Below, one piece after another: positions 12,574 to 25,397 of a stretch of DNA of 64,000 nt (position 1 is the stretch's first letter; every line of letters starts with the position of its first letter). The DNA lies in NCBI GenBank assembly GCA_002104905.1, contig MCFE01000075.1, forward strand, positions 62,001 to 126,000, read 5' to 3'. The stretch comes from Basidiobolus meristosporus CBS 931.73. Taxonomy: Eukaryota; Fungi; Basidiobolomycota. The translations under genes were made by a program, and so were the position numbers. Below the pieces are notes generated by a model that worked only from the letters and a program-made list of their open reading frames with translations, was not told where the DNA came from and ran no database searches.

Positions 12574-14669
12574 TTATTTTTGTTGAAACTTCTGTTGCAC
12601 CTCAATTGCCAATTGTATTGACCTATAAAAGTCTCCATACCCTACACTAACATTAAGCCTAACCCCACACTCAACAAGTAACTCCATTAAAATCCACCGC
12701 TCAATAAGTATTTCTGCTGTAATGCTCTGGTTCCACAACCTTGGAAGGAACCCAACAGCTTTATGCCACTGTTCATTCACTGGTTCCCACACATACTAGT
12801 CTTCAGCCCGCACTGCAAGGTCTAGCTCCTCATCTGCTAGTCTTTGCAATAAATCCTTGCAATATTCCAGTGTGTTTTCTTGAGCACTGCTCTTGAAGAA
12901 GTGCTGCAACCTCTTGGTGTGCCTATTAATGTTCCAAAACTCCACTGAAGGCATTGTGATAGTCTTTTGAGCTCTTGACATTGTAGCCTTGTCTGTCAGT
13001 GGGATCTCCACTCTGTCAGCAATGGAGGTTGTGGAGGCTGTGGAGGCTGTGGTAGAGAAGTTGCCTTTTTCAGCAAACTCATCTACCTTGCTGGAGTGTA
13101 GCTCAACTGGCTGCACTTCCAACTCTTGTGAAAACAGCTGTTTTCTTGTTGGTAATTCATCATGGCTATGATGGGATTCATTCTGTTCCTGGCTTGTGGT
13201 GTTAATTGGCAAGAACTGCAGTTTTTTTGCATGCCTCCCTGTCTCAGGCTTGGGTAGATATTTTTCCCTTTACCTTTTTCTTTATCACTGCCAGGTCTTT
13301 CACTGCTACTTTGTCTGAGTGCTTCTTGTAAAGAACTACGTTTTCTCCTGGATAAATTCTGCTCTGACGCATCTGTTTTGGCCTGCATGTCCCTTGCTGG
13401 CACTCTTCTGGCAACCTGACATTTCTTTTCAGCTTGTTTTGAGCACTCAACCGTAGTTGTGATGGGCTCCTGTAAAAGTGGCTGGTTTTTATCACTGCCA
13501 GGTCCTTCACTGCTACATTGACTGAGTGTTTCTTGAGTGGTAGTATGCTTTTTCCTTGATAAATGTTGTGCTGGTGCATCCATGTCTGCCTGCTTGTCCG
13601 TAATTGGCACTCTTCCAGCTGCCTGACATCTCTTTGACGCTTGTCTGGAGCTTTTGGCCCTGCTTGTAATGGGCTCTTGAGGAAGCCACTGGTTTTTAGC
13701 TATGGCACCCTTGTTCTTCTGCCTTTGATAGTTTCTGCTAATCTTAAGATACTTTCTTAGCATATCAATGCTGGCCCAAAATCTGTTTGCCTGTTTGAAT
13801 CCAAGATAATGCTCATGGAACAAGTAAAGTGCATTCTGCTTGGCCTTGAGTTCCTGATGGTCCCATGGTATGCCAGCCTTAAGGTGATAGCATGCTAGAC
13901 TTCTGATGGCCTCTTGTATATTAGCCCACTCTTCATTATTGCACTCAATGGCTTCACAAATCTTCCATGTCTTTTGATTTTTAGGCTTTGGTATAAACAC
14001 CACATTGTCTCCCTCCCATGCAGTGATAGGTTTTTCTGTGGGCTTTATCTTTGGGCACTGTTGTTGTACTTCAAAGACTGTGCGGTGTTCCTCTGCTGTT
14101 ACATTGGGAAATGGCTCAATTCTTGGCTGTGACATTGAGCTACTTGAGTTCCTTCTTTGCAGCAGAGATACTGCATTCTCTACCTGGGATATTGATTGCT
14201 CTACATGTATTATCCGCTCATCCTGTTTCTGGACTACTTCCAGATTTCTCTGGGCCATTGCATCTATCCTATCAGCCACTGCACCTAATTGCTTCATTAA
14301 TGCTTTGGTATGAGCTGACAACATACTTGCTAATATGGGTGGTGGTAATGTTATCATGGACACTTGCTGATCTTCAACAGAGGGTACTGTGTTTGCTACA
14401 TTCTCATCTGCCTGAGAATAACGGTCAGCTTGTGGCTCTGCAGAGGTTCTCAATTGCCTACTTGACTGAGAGTCTGAGGAGTTGGCATTAATACCTTCAA
14501 TGGGCACACTGTCCACAGGACCTTTTTTGGATGTAGGCCTGCTTGTTGTACTGAATGTCAAAGCAAGCTGTTGTCCAACCATTCTTCTGTTGCTGTCAGT
14601 GGTGGGGTTTGGTGGAGTACCAGACAACTTTGCTTTATTTTTGGCAGCATATATATGGAAGTGAGTCAA
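12574..14669 (-). pseudogene. CMC accessory ORF2, ~700 aa reconstructed (528 aa open, then a frameshift near 13225 and one stop near 12796)
   Basis: ORFs 13083-14669, 12796-13212 and 12574-12792 are colinear. Copy D (57915-58181) reads through the frameshift point (GSMQKKLQFLAINATS). Confidence 0.7.
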
Positions 14670-14871
14670 ACCAAAGGGGAAATAGTGTTACATATACATG
14701 TGTATGTGGTGCCACAACTTTATTTATAATGCTTACTATGGAGGGTCATCATTGAATCCTACATTCATGTAGGTGCAATGTCTCAAATACAATACTGTCT
14801 TAAGTTCACATGAGTATTGACCAAAAAGTGATATAATAGCATTACATTGTTGAAGGTCAAACTGTTTGACC

Positions 14872-17794
14872 ATGAACAAGACTACTTTGACTCAACGCCG
14901 TAAGAGATGAGAAAAATAACCATGTGACTATTGTGGCAAGCCTCTCAGCCATGAAGCACTCAGACAGCATAGGAAGTATTACAAGGATCATGGCCAGTGT
15001 TTTGCCACCCAAGTCATATTTGAGAATTCATTTGTCACTATTCTACCAACATTATCTTGCCGGCCAGTTGATACTTCTATATTGACACCTGGCTGTCTTT
15101 GTCACCTTGTGTAAGCTGAGTCAGGTAAGTTTGTGACACTTTTAGGCTCACCACAGCCTTCTGAATATGGCACGCAGAGTGATAGCTCTGACAAAAAAGG
15201 TTCACTGATGGATTTTGAGCCTATCTCCCCTAATAACAGTACCATGTATGAGCCTGTCTAATCCCTATATGCAATGAGACAACACCTGTTGAAACAAACG
15301 CCAAGGATACTTTGTGGAGCCAAGTGAGCCCAGTAATCCATTTACTGGTGAATGATATAATGTTGTGGCTAGAGAAGTGGCGTGTTTCCACTAATTTCAG
15401 TAATGGGGGCTTTGAGGATTTATTACTACTTCTTGCCAAAATCATACCAGGATGCAACTTACCATGTACATGGTGCAAGTGGACAACCATCATGCAGCTG
15501 GCAACATATGATCCAGAGACTGTCCTGATTCCAGCATATGTTAATAGTTGCATGGCATTCACATCCGCAAATGCTACTATTGCAATGTGTCCAAATGTCA
15601 GGAATCTACCACCATTGAGGGAAAACATTATTCACACTCCGGATTTATTCTGGTCATGCCCCGTCTGAGGAAGCTGATGCAGTCCGACAAATATTGCAAA
15701 GCTATACAGTACTGCACTCAGTATCAATCAAGTGCAAACATATCCAATATATTTGATGGCAAACATTACAAACAGCTAAGAAGCAAGGGCTACTTTGAAG
15801 GTATGTATGACCATGCCTTTGCTTTAGCACTTGATGGTTTCCCATTAAACAGGTACTCTACCAGCAAATCTTGCTGGCTACTGATTCTCATTGATCTGAA
15901 TCTGCCACCCATCTTATGGTATCAGAGCAGTAATCTGATAGTAGTCTCACTGGTATCTGGGCCTAAATCACCATCCAACCTGGATAGCTATCTGTATTCA
16001 TTGCTGAATGAATTTGGTATGCTTTCCAGTGGGATAACAGTAAATGGCTGTCATGTAAAAGCGCATTTTATTATCTGCATTGGAGATACCCCAGCCATCA
16101 GCAAGATACCAAGTTTTTTCAGGAACAATGGATGGTATTGCTGTCAAATGTGTGAGATCCAGGGGATTTACTCCATAACTCACACACATTACTATTGCCC
16201 AAACACCAGCACTAAGAACATCATCTTTTCACAGAGAGAACGTACAGAAGTAAGCATGCAATTGCAGCAAAGTTGGCAAGCTATAAGCCATTGGCTGGAA
16301 TATGGAATCAATTGGAAACCAGAGATACTTAAGATGGAGGGTATCTGTTGGCACAAAAGCTTTCCACTGAGAGCAATGCATTTGCTTTCAACAATATCCC
16401 TTTACTGATAACCAAGTTGCACATGGTGCATTTCAAGCAAAATGAGCCCTTTGAGATACCAGAGAGATTTGAAAGAATTGGCAAGATTTTACAGAGTATC
16501 TGCTACCCTAAGTACTTCTCACGGGCTCCAATCAATATTCATACGCATATGCAAAAATACAAATGCAAAGACTGGATGAACTGGATATGTACTCATTCAA
16601 GTGGTGTTCTCAAGCCATTCCTACCAAGAGTACATTGGAAGCATTGGGAGTCATATGTGGACATTGCAGGAATATTTATCCAGAAGCAGATCACCAATAC
16701 CAACTTGACGCATCTACAGCTATTGTGTGAGGAGTTTGTGATGGGATTTGAGTGGCTATACTACAAACATAAAGCTGAACACGTAGATCTCTGCCGCTAC
16801 TGTATCCATTCTCTACTCCATCTTGCACGGTGTGTGGAGAATATCCGGCCTTGCTTCACCTTTTGGGAATTTCCTATGGAGTGGATGTGTGGGGAGATAG
16901 GAAGACAAGTCAAGTCACAGGTACTCCCATATCCCAATCTCATCAAGAATATTACCTTCAAGTCTGTCATGGATGTGATGAGCTGGCACATGGAGGACAG
17001 CCAGAAAGAGTTGGAAAATACTGAGGACAGATGTGCACATGGAGACACCTATGCCTATGGCATTAAGTAGCTAAGCAGGCCCAATGCGTGGGTAATCAGT
17101 TAAGTAATGTAAAGTTGCGTTGGGTGCAACAAGCAACTAATTTTTATCAGGAAAACTCCACCAAGATATGCCAGATTTCTTGTGGTCACAAGCCAACTTC
17201 TACACCATTCAATACAGAATTCACACAAACAAAAGCCAGAGCGCACCAATAAGAGAGACTAGAATCCGCAGGGAGAAGGAATATATTGGCTAAATACCAA
17301 GAAGTTCTTTGCGGATATTCAGGAGGTATTCATGGCAGAAGTGGCAACAACCAAGCATATGTTTGCAAGATGTACATGCTACCAGCAGTACAAGGTATAT
17401 GGCAACTTTGCAAGTATCACACTAAAAAGCTGTAAAGTCAAGGTAATAGAAGTATGTCAATTGCAGCAGGTGTGCATGTTTGTAGTGGTTAGTAAGCAGG
17501 AGCCCATAGTTTTTTTTGATTTGAACTATATGTGGAATACCCAAGGTAGTAGTGGGTAAGCAAATAAAGAAAAGTGATTCTACAGTGGAATATATGTATT
17601 GCACAAGGGGAGGTAGAAAAAGGAAATACCATTTGGTAAATTGGTACAGTAGCATTATACAGAACCAGTGGCAGGCTGTCATACTGCCAAGAAAAAGCCA
17701 TCAGAGTCTTGCTGTGAGGCCGTCAAAATACCGTCAAGTTTCTTGCCGTATAAGGCAATTGGAAGTCCTGGCCAACTGGATCCACTTAAAATAG
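14872..17794 (+). pseudogene. Tnp2/DUF4218-like transposase pseudogene of CMC copy A
   Basis: ATG at 14872 matches the other copies. Motifs FALALDGFPL, VSGPKSPSNLDSYL, ICIGDTPAISK, YCCQMCEIQG and HSLLHLARCVENIRPCFTFWEFPMEWMCGEIG lie across ORFs 15312-15668, 15548-16408, 16348-17070, 17332-17559 and 17552-17794. Confidence 0.85.
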
Positions 17795-20700
17795 CAATAG
17801 AGTGCTGAAAGACCACAACAATGCCATGCAAATATTGTCACAGCACCAATCAAAAATTGTCAAGCTTTATCCCTTTATTTGGCTGTGAAATTTGCAAAAC
17901 ACCGTCGTGATCTTGTTATAAGATTGTCAGGAGGGTCACTAATTCCAAGGTGCTGTTATTATGATGGTCTCTAAATGGGATCTTGACGGATGATCTGGAT
18001 TGGATCCACCCGCGGGACCAAATTATTTTTCATAGGGGTAGTGCTTCAGCTCCTATATAGCTTGCATCAAATGTCAAAATAGGTGGGCATTCAGTTTTTT
18101 GATAGTCAAAAGGTCTTAGAACTGGTGGTAATACAAAGGCCTCTTTTAGTATTTTCATGGCTTCTTCTTGTATTTCTCACCAGATAAATAGGGTATTCTT
18201 TCTTTGTAGTTGGTAAATAAAAGAAAATCTTGGGATCCAGATCCTAAAGAACCCACAAGCTACCACAAAGCCCCAAGCTTATGTTAGATTTGTGGGGGTA
18301 GGCTAGTTGCATATTTTTTGTGTCTTGCAGTCTCCAGGTGAACAACCAAAGGTGTTGCAATTTGTCCAACAATGGATATCTCTGATACATGAAAGCTGCT
18401 TTTCTCAGCACTGATGGTGAGTCCAGCATCTTCAATGGCTCCTAATGTGGCATCATTGTCTGAAATACATTCATAGGCAAACTTTCTTACTCTACGCAGA
18501 ACTTCAATGGTGTCCTGAAACTTTGGTTCTTGATGCCTATTTCATCAACAAAGACAGCAAGTTTTTCAGATATAAACTGGTACAGAACATTTGCCCTGCA
18601 TTGCTGGAACTGAGCCATAGTGTTTGAAGCCCCTTGGCTAGTCTTGTCATCTTCAACAGTCCAGATGGTGTGTGGAGTGCATACATATCTCTTGATGTCT
18701 CATCTAGTGGGATCTGGTCATATCCCAGCTGGAAATCATTTGTTGAGTAGATAGAGTGACCACTAAAGCTCTCAGTAAAGTCATCAACAAATGGAGGTAT
18801 CACAGCATCTCTGATAATGACAGCATTTGCAGGTTGCATGTCTTGAATGAATTGGGGCTTTCAATTCTTCTTTTTGGTCACAAACCATCTGCCAGCATAA
18901 GGTACATGGCAAGGCTCTAGGATACCAGCATCTATTTTCTTCTTAAGTAGATTATGCACATCAGCTTGTAGTCCTCTGGGCAGTAGGTAAGACTTATATG
19001 CCAGGTGTGTGTGGCACTGTATAAATCTGGATAGGTTCTTCAGCTGATGTCTTTGAGAGCCCCATCTGCTTGTCATTGTATGAGAAAACCTTATCATACC
19101 TTTTCAGGGTTTCTTCAAATGATAAGATCTCTTCTGGTGTTAGGATTCCATCATCAATGATAGGTTGCCTAAGTCTCTTGGGTGTAAGCTGTATAACTCC
19201 AGGAGTTTCTTCTGGTGGACTGATGTAATCAGCAGGTCAAGATCCATCAGTCAGAGGTGTAGGTGATGGTCTAATCTTCTGCTCAGCTGTCTTGAATTTT
19301 GTTCAAACTATGGCAGTCCACTTCTATATGCTTAATGAGCAGCTCCAAATGTTGGGGTTTACATTGTCAGGCTCCTCATCTTCTTCTGTAACAAAATGCA
19401 TCTTCTGGAAAGCAGTATGTGTCCTCTTATTGTAGGGTGTTACACCACAGAACATTGACTGTAGTCCTGAGTTTGATCCTTGTATAGTGTACTACACTGA
19501 CCCATTGTAATAATTGGTAGTTGTAGCCATAGTACTGGTCTCCCATGGTCTGCCTAGCAGAAGGTCAAGGTTTGCCTTCTGGCAGATAAAGAGGGGAAGC
19601 CAGACCTTGATTTGTTGTACCTCATTAGGGAACTTGTGCACTACACCATAATGTGGACTAGATCCTGAGTTTGCATCAGTCACGTTCCATCCTATATCTC
19701 TATCAACAGGCCGTAGCTCTTTGCTTGTGAGTGTTGTCTGGAAGTCTAGCAGCATAACACAAATCTGTGAGCCACTGTCAATATGGCAGTCAGCAGGGTC
19801 ATCATATATATATTCTTTTGCCACAGCAGTTGCAACTGAGTAAAAGGTCTTATATTCAGTAATGTTGTCATCCTTTTGGTAGTCTTCATGGCTTGTCTGA
19901 TTATGTGGGTGTCCATATGTTCAATGGCTTTTTTTCTTATTTGAAGCTGCTCATCAACGGTCCTGATAACAGATGGGGATATACTCATGATTTCTCCAAC
20001 CAACAAAGTAAGGTTCTGCTTCAGCACCTTCTCATTAATCAGCTGAGGGCTTGAGTAGTTTGCTATCTTTGAGGTCATCTGAAACTGAGGCATTAGATCT
20101 TGAGTGGGCAGTATTCCAGGCCTTCTGTCAATGCTAACTTCAGGCCCTTCAAATTGTGGTCCTCTAAGGATGGGTCTGGCAGGTTCTTCAGGAAGGTGTC
20201 TTTTGGTAGCAAAGGCATCAACTTTGTATTGTCTGTTGTCAGGGCTGCTTATATTCACTGTATGAGTACCAATAGGGGTATCAACAGCAATTTTCTGGTT
20301 GCTAAGTCAGTTCTCTGGAAAAGAGCTCTCATCCCTCCTCTTCTGAAATTGGTGGGGATCCTTCTTCCTACCCTGCCAGCAAGCATTCCATCAGTATCAA
20401 GCTTTACAGCTCCTTCTCTTAGTAGCTGACTAAGCTCTGAGCTTTCTCTTCTGGCATGCTGAGTAGAGTCACACCAGATGCAATGTCTGGGCAAAGGTTT
20501 TTGGCTCTCAGTAGCTACTTCAGCGGAGCCATTAATCCTGAGGGCTAGATTTGTAGCTGTTCAGCAAGTTGGTCAATTCTGTCTGTAGTGTAGGTCTGAT
20601 TCTCAGCAACAGCACTCCTTGGTTCTTTGGTTGACTGGTCAGGCACATTTGACTACAAAAGTCTCCTAATGGTGAAAGTCTGCTTTGCCTCAAGGAGAAC

Positions 20701-20830
20701 ATGCTTCATTGCTGCAAAGCATAAAGTGCCGGACTTGTCATCCTTGGCTGAATGCAAGTCAACTTTCCTTGCCAAGTCCTGAGGATGCCTTTGTGCACAG
20801 TAAAGTGTCATGGTAAATTCAGTTATAGCC

Positions 20831-21259
20831 TAGGGAGGTAGAAAAAGGAAACACCATTTAGTAAATTGGTATGGCAGCATTATGCAGAACTAACTGTAGG
20901 CCACCATACTGCCTCAATAATGCTTTTAGAGTCATGCTGTGAGGCTGTTAATATACTGTCATGTTTTTTACCATATAAGAAAATTGAGTATCCTAGCTAG
21001 TTAATCCACTTGAAGTTTGTAGAGTGCTACAAGACAGCAACAATGCCATGCAATTATTGTCACAGCACTAATCAAACCCTGTCAAGTTTTATAGCTTTAT
21101 TTGGCAGTAAAATCATCAATGTGCTGTTGTGATCCCTTTATAAGATTGTCAAGAGGGTCACTAATTCCAAGCTACTGGTATTATGATGGTTTCCAAGCAA
21201 GATCCTAATGGCTGATCCAGACCAGATCCACTTGCGGGACCAAATTATTTTTCATAGGG
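20831..21259 (+). mobile_element. CMC right-end fragment
   Basis: Matches 17600-18037 and ends with ATTATTTTTCATAGGG at 21259. ORF2-derived sequence follows immediately. Confidence 0.75.
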
Positions 21260-23030
21260 TAGAGTGTAGCTCAAGTTGCTGCACTTTCAGCTCTTATAGG
21301 AATAGCAGTAGTCTTATTGGTAACTGTACTTGGCTATATTGTGTGTCAGCCTGCTCTGGGCTGACATCATTAATTGGCAAGAGCTGCAGATTTCTCTCAT
21401 ACTTCTCTGTTTCTGGTTAAGGTAGACTTTCTTTTCTTTACTTTGCCATTTTCATGGCCAAGTCTTTCACTACTACTTTGACTGAGTGCTTCTTGTATTG
21501 TACTACATTTTCACTGTGAAGAATGCTGCACTGATTTTTCCATTTTTGCCTGCTTGTCTAACAAATATTGTGAGTCTATACCCTATAGAACTAAATGTGA
21601 GGATCCCATCAGAGGGCTGTCACAAAAGTAAAGTCCTGTGACTAAGAGGTATGGATCCCATCAGGGCAAAATACAAAGACTGTTGAGAAAAAATTGCATC
21701 CCAGATTTAACAAAACACTTGGTCAAATTTTTTCTACAAAACTATGTAAAGGTGACTTTTGATTGGTCCTCTGCCAATTTTTGCACTCTCTGATATTGGA
21801 CACTCAATCACTTTCCATGTTTTTGTCCATTGATTGGATATAGCTTCTTTGTCTGACTCTTTACATCCTTACTCAACCAATTCTTTCACTTTTAATGCAT
21901 ACAATTAGATTTGTTTCTGTTGAAGCTTCAGTTGAGCCTCAATTGCCAGTTGTGTTGACCAATACAAGTCCCAATACCCAACACTATAATAAGCACAAAG
22001 CCACACTCAATAAGTAGTTCCATCAAAATCTTCCATGAAATAATTATTTCTGCTGTACCACAATCTTTCCATGACTTTGGCAGGAGCCCTACAGCTTTAT
22101 GCCATTGCTCATTCTCTGGTCCCATATGCCCTGGTCTTCAGCTGGCCCAGCAAGGTCTAGCACCACATCTGCCACTCTTTGCAAAAAGATCTTGCAATAT
22201 TCAAGGGCATTTTCTTCTACACTGCTGTTGAAGATGTGATGCAACCTCCTGGTGTGCCTATTAATGGTCCAAAATTTCACTGTAGGCATTGTGATAGTAT
22301 TTTGAATTCATGACATTGTTGCATTGTCTGCCAGTTGTATCTCCATTCTATCATCAATTGAGGATGTGGAGGGAGTGGAAGACAAGTTGCTTTTCTCTGC
22401 AAACCTATCTACCTCACTGGAGTGTAGACCAACTGACTGCACCTCTAACTCTTGAGAAGACAGCTTTGGTCTTGTTGGTAATTCTTCTTGGCTATGATGG
22501 GATTCAGGCTGTTCTGAGCAGACAGCTTTAATTGGTGAGAGCTACAGCTTTTTTCTCACAGTTCCCTATCACTGGCTTGGGTAGACTTTTTTGTTGTTAC
22601 CATTTACCTTGATCACTGCAAAGTCATACACCAATACTTTGACTGGGTGCTTTGTGTATAGTTCTTTGTTTTCTCCTTAATGGATGCCGCACTGGTGTGT
22701 TGGCTTTTGCCTGCTTGTCCCATACCAGCACTCTTGTGACAATCTGATGTTTCTTTGCCACTTGTCTAGAACTTTCAGCCCTGCTGGTGATGGGCCACTG
22801 AGTAAGCTGTGGGTTCTTATCACTTTCAGGCCCTTCACTGCCATGTTGATTGAGTGTTTCTTATATCAAACTATGTTTTCTCCTTAATATATGCTGCACT
22901 GATGCATCTATCTCTGCATGCTTATCCTTTATTGGCATTCTTCTGGCTACCTGACTATTCATTGCCACTCTTTTGGAGCATTCAGTCCTGCTTTTGACAA
23001 GTTCTTGACAAAGCTGCTGGTTTTAGCCAT

Positions 23031-24469
23031 TGTGGTTGTGTATAAGTCTAAGGGAGAGATATGTTCAACACTTTATCAGAGTTTTGTGTCTGGGGTGTCC
23101 ACTGCATGCAATAACCTCTACTAAAACCTTGCTAGGAACTCTTGAGTTTTGTTACTACTCTGATGTGAAGGATCATAAAGCCACAGCTTGTCAAGGGAGA
23201 ACTATTGAGCTGCAAATGACACCTTAGTTGGTGTATAAACAAAAGTATGTGCATGGTGCATCATCTTCTAGGATAACAATATACTAAAGTTTCCAAAGTC
23301 AAAATAATTGAAAACTCCACCAGAGGGGACTGGATCAGAATGGAATAGTGTAAATAGTAACTAAGACAGAAAAGTATCTTTGCCTGTGCAAGAACAAGTT
23401 CAAGAAAAAATCAAATATGGTAACAGATATGCACTCTGGGTATTCCTCACTGGAAGTGCCACCATGGTCAGTTGGCTGTCAGCACAGTTACCTGAGAGTA
23501 TCATGTGGCTAAGGATTGGAAGTTCAGGTTGTAGCAGATAGCTGTGTTTACACTAATTGACAAGTTAGTATACTGATAACATGGATGATGGTATATTGTT
23601 AAGGGATTGCCTCCCTTATATACTTATCTCACTGGCTAAGCAATTACTAGTCATGGTATTCCAGTGTTATGATCTACCACCTGAATATTTAAGTTACATC
23701 AGCTTTTAGTCAAATCAGTTAGGTATATGTTTAGCCTATCAGTATATTAATGTTATCTATCAAATTAGTAGCATTAGTCAGCAAATGGATGAGCAGATCT
23801 TGATCAGACAGGAATAAGTATCAAGTAGGATCTTATTGGGTGATGAAGACGCAATTGAATGAGTAATCAGCCACAACCTATATTAGAAATACAATGAGTC
23901 AGCAATTGATTTTGCAAAATGTATTTAAGGAGCTCCTGGAACGTTGATAAAAATCAGTTCAGGTTTTAGTGAATTCATCACTAGCTAAACTCTCTATTCC
24001 TCTACAACTCTTATACCCAGACTTGTAACACCAGAAGGTTCTAGAGATCAGTAGAAACCTTAATGACATCAAATGAGCCAGGAATGTTCCAGGAATACGC
24101 CAGAAGCTTCTAAGGGGCAGAGCACATTTAGTCAATCACTGATATAGTATTCCAAAGCCTGTGCAACACAGGGATACCACATAATAAATGAAAGCTAGAG
24201 GGATGGTGATGCAGGTTGGTCATTTGTGATAGGTGCTGGCATGGGTACCTGCCTATTATTAAAGCACATACATATAGGAGTCTTACATAAAGTGAGGAAT
24301 AACTTATGCAATAAAATAAGCAGGTGTCATAGTAAACAGGCTTATGGCATAGTACTGTTCAGATAAGACAAATGGGATATAACTAAAATAAAGGTGGTAG
24401 AGAAATAGCAAAGTAGAAAAGATGGGAATGAGCACATTTGTCATTGGGTGTCACTATGATCCTGCTTCA
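23031..24469 (-). mobile_element. Diverged solo LTR of family 1 containing a nested solo LTR
   Basis: TGTGGTTG start, CCTGCTTCA end, colinear with 5030-6092. Flanks are CCAT/CCCT. Confidence 0.7.
23665..24030. mobile_element. Solo LTR, family 2 (366 bp)
   Basis: TGTTATGA...TTGTAACA ends, 4-bp TSD CCAG/CCAG, homologous to 29981-30348. Confidence 0.8.
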
Positions 24470-24880
24470 CCCTGGAACACTTGTTGTTCTGCCTTTGATA
24501 GTTTCTGCTATTCTTGCATTACTTCCTTAGCATACCAATGCTGGCCCAAAATGCACATGCGTACTTAGATCCAGGATACTGCTCATGGGACAGGTCAAGT
24601 GCACTCTGCTTAGCTTTGAGTTCCTGATGGTCCCATGATGTGCTGGCTTCAAGGTGATGCAGTGCCTGACTTCTGATGGCCTCTTGAATATTAGCCCACC
24701 TTTCATCATTGCACTTAATGACCTCATGGTACTTCAATGACTTTTGATTTTTAGGCATGGATGTAAGCACCACAGCTTCTCTCTCCCATGCTGTGACAAG
24801 TTTTTCTGTGTGCTTGATCTTTTGGCGCCATTGTTGTGCTTCATGGACTTCTACAGTGTTCCACTATGGAATACTGACCA

Positions 24881-25397
24881 AGTTCCTTGTTGGGATTTAC
24901 ACAGAATATTTTCACCAAAATAGCTGGTACCTAGAACATTAAGATTCTTCAAGTTGTCCAAACCACCCCAATCTTGCCCACATGTTCTTGTGACCTTTCT
25001 TAACCTATAAACATGTTTGCAATACCAAGACCATGTAAAATTATAACTATCACTTTTACATTGAACAAATCATTGAGTGAAAACTGTATAATATACTTGC
25101 TCTCCCAAATCACTTTCAATATCTTAAAGACTCTTACAACAGGTTATGAGCCCCAAGCTGTCACTCTCAGCAACATCTAATACTGCTAGTACTGAAATTT
25201 CTCTCTCTGCTGAGAAGTTGGATGGATATAACCACCAAATGCAGGAGGTGAAGATGAAGATGCAGCTACAAGAAAGAGGCCTTTGGGATATTATCATGGG
25301 AGAAGAATCCCCTGCTAAAAACATGGGTGAGGAAACCTTAAAGTACCAGAGGAAAGAACAAAGTGCCTTCAACTGCATTTGTTGCATTTCCAGGTAA
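24881..25397 (+). mobile_element. Ty1/copia 5' fragment: truncated LTR (family 3), PBS and gag start
   Basis: LTR ends ...CTTACAACA at 25141, PBS GGTTATGAGCCCC at 25142, then gag-like EKLDGYNHQMQEVKMKMQLQERGLWDII. Confidence 0.7.

Larger units (their letters stand above)
12244..18037 (+). mobile_element. Full-length CMC transposon copy A (5794 bp)
   Basis: 13-bp perfect TIR CCCTATGAAAAAT (12244-12256) / ATTTTTCATAGGG (18025-18037), with 3-bp TSD GTA (12241-43, 18038-40). It is inserted in gypsy pol and carries two divergent genes. CMC termini (CAC/CCC) with 2-3 bp TSD are established features of the superfamily. Confidence 0.92.
10866..20830 (-). mobile_element. Ty3/gypsy retrotransposon internal region (gag, protease, RT, RNase H, integrase), decayed, split by CMC copy A; no LTRs found
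   Basis: Zinc-knuckle remnant CIWCDSTQH (~20480), protease CHIDSGSQICVM (~19780), RT PYAGRWFVTKKKN and DFQLGYDQIPLDETSRDMYALHTPSGLLKMTRL, RNase H FILETDAKPL, integrase RYYWEKMYYDIQHFVESCIACQKR. Boundaries approximate. Confidence 0.85.
21581..24880 (+). mobile_element. CMC left part (copy C) with decayed ORF2 on the - strand
   Basis: Degenerate left TIR CCCTATAGAA at 21581 plus subterminal sequence like 12244-12450. ORF2 remnants include WANIQEAIRSQALHHLEASTSWDHQELKAKQ. Right boundary approximate. Confidence 0.7.

Noticed and set aside
14005-14755. Recurrent antisense ORFs over ORF2 and the transposase (e.g. 14051-14491, 9066-9314, 16797-17048, 32119-32379)
   Set aside because: They recur only because the repeat recurs, their stop positions vary between copies, and they carry no recognisable motifs.
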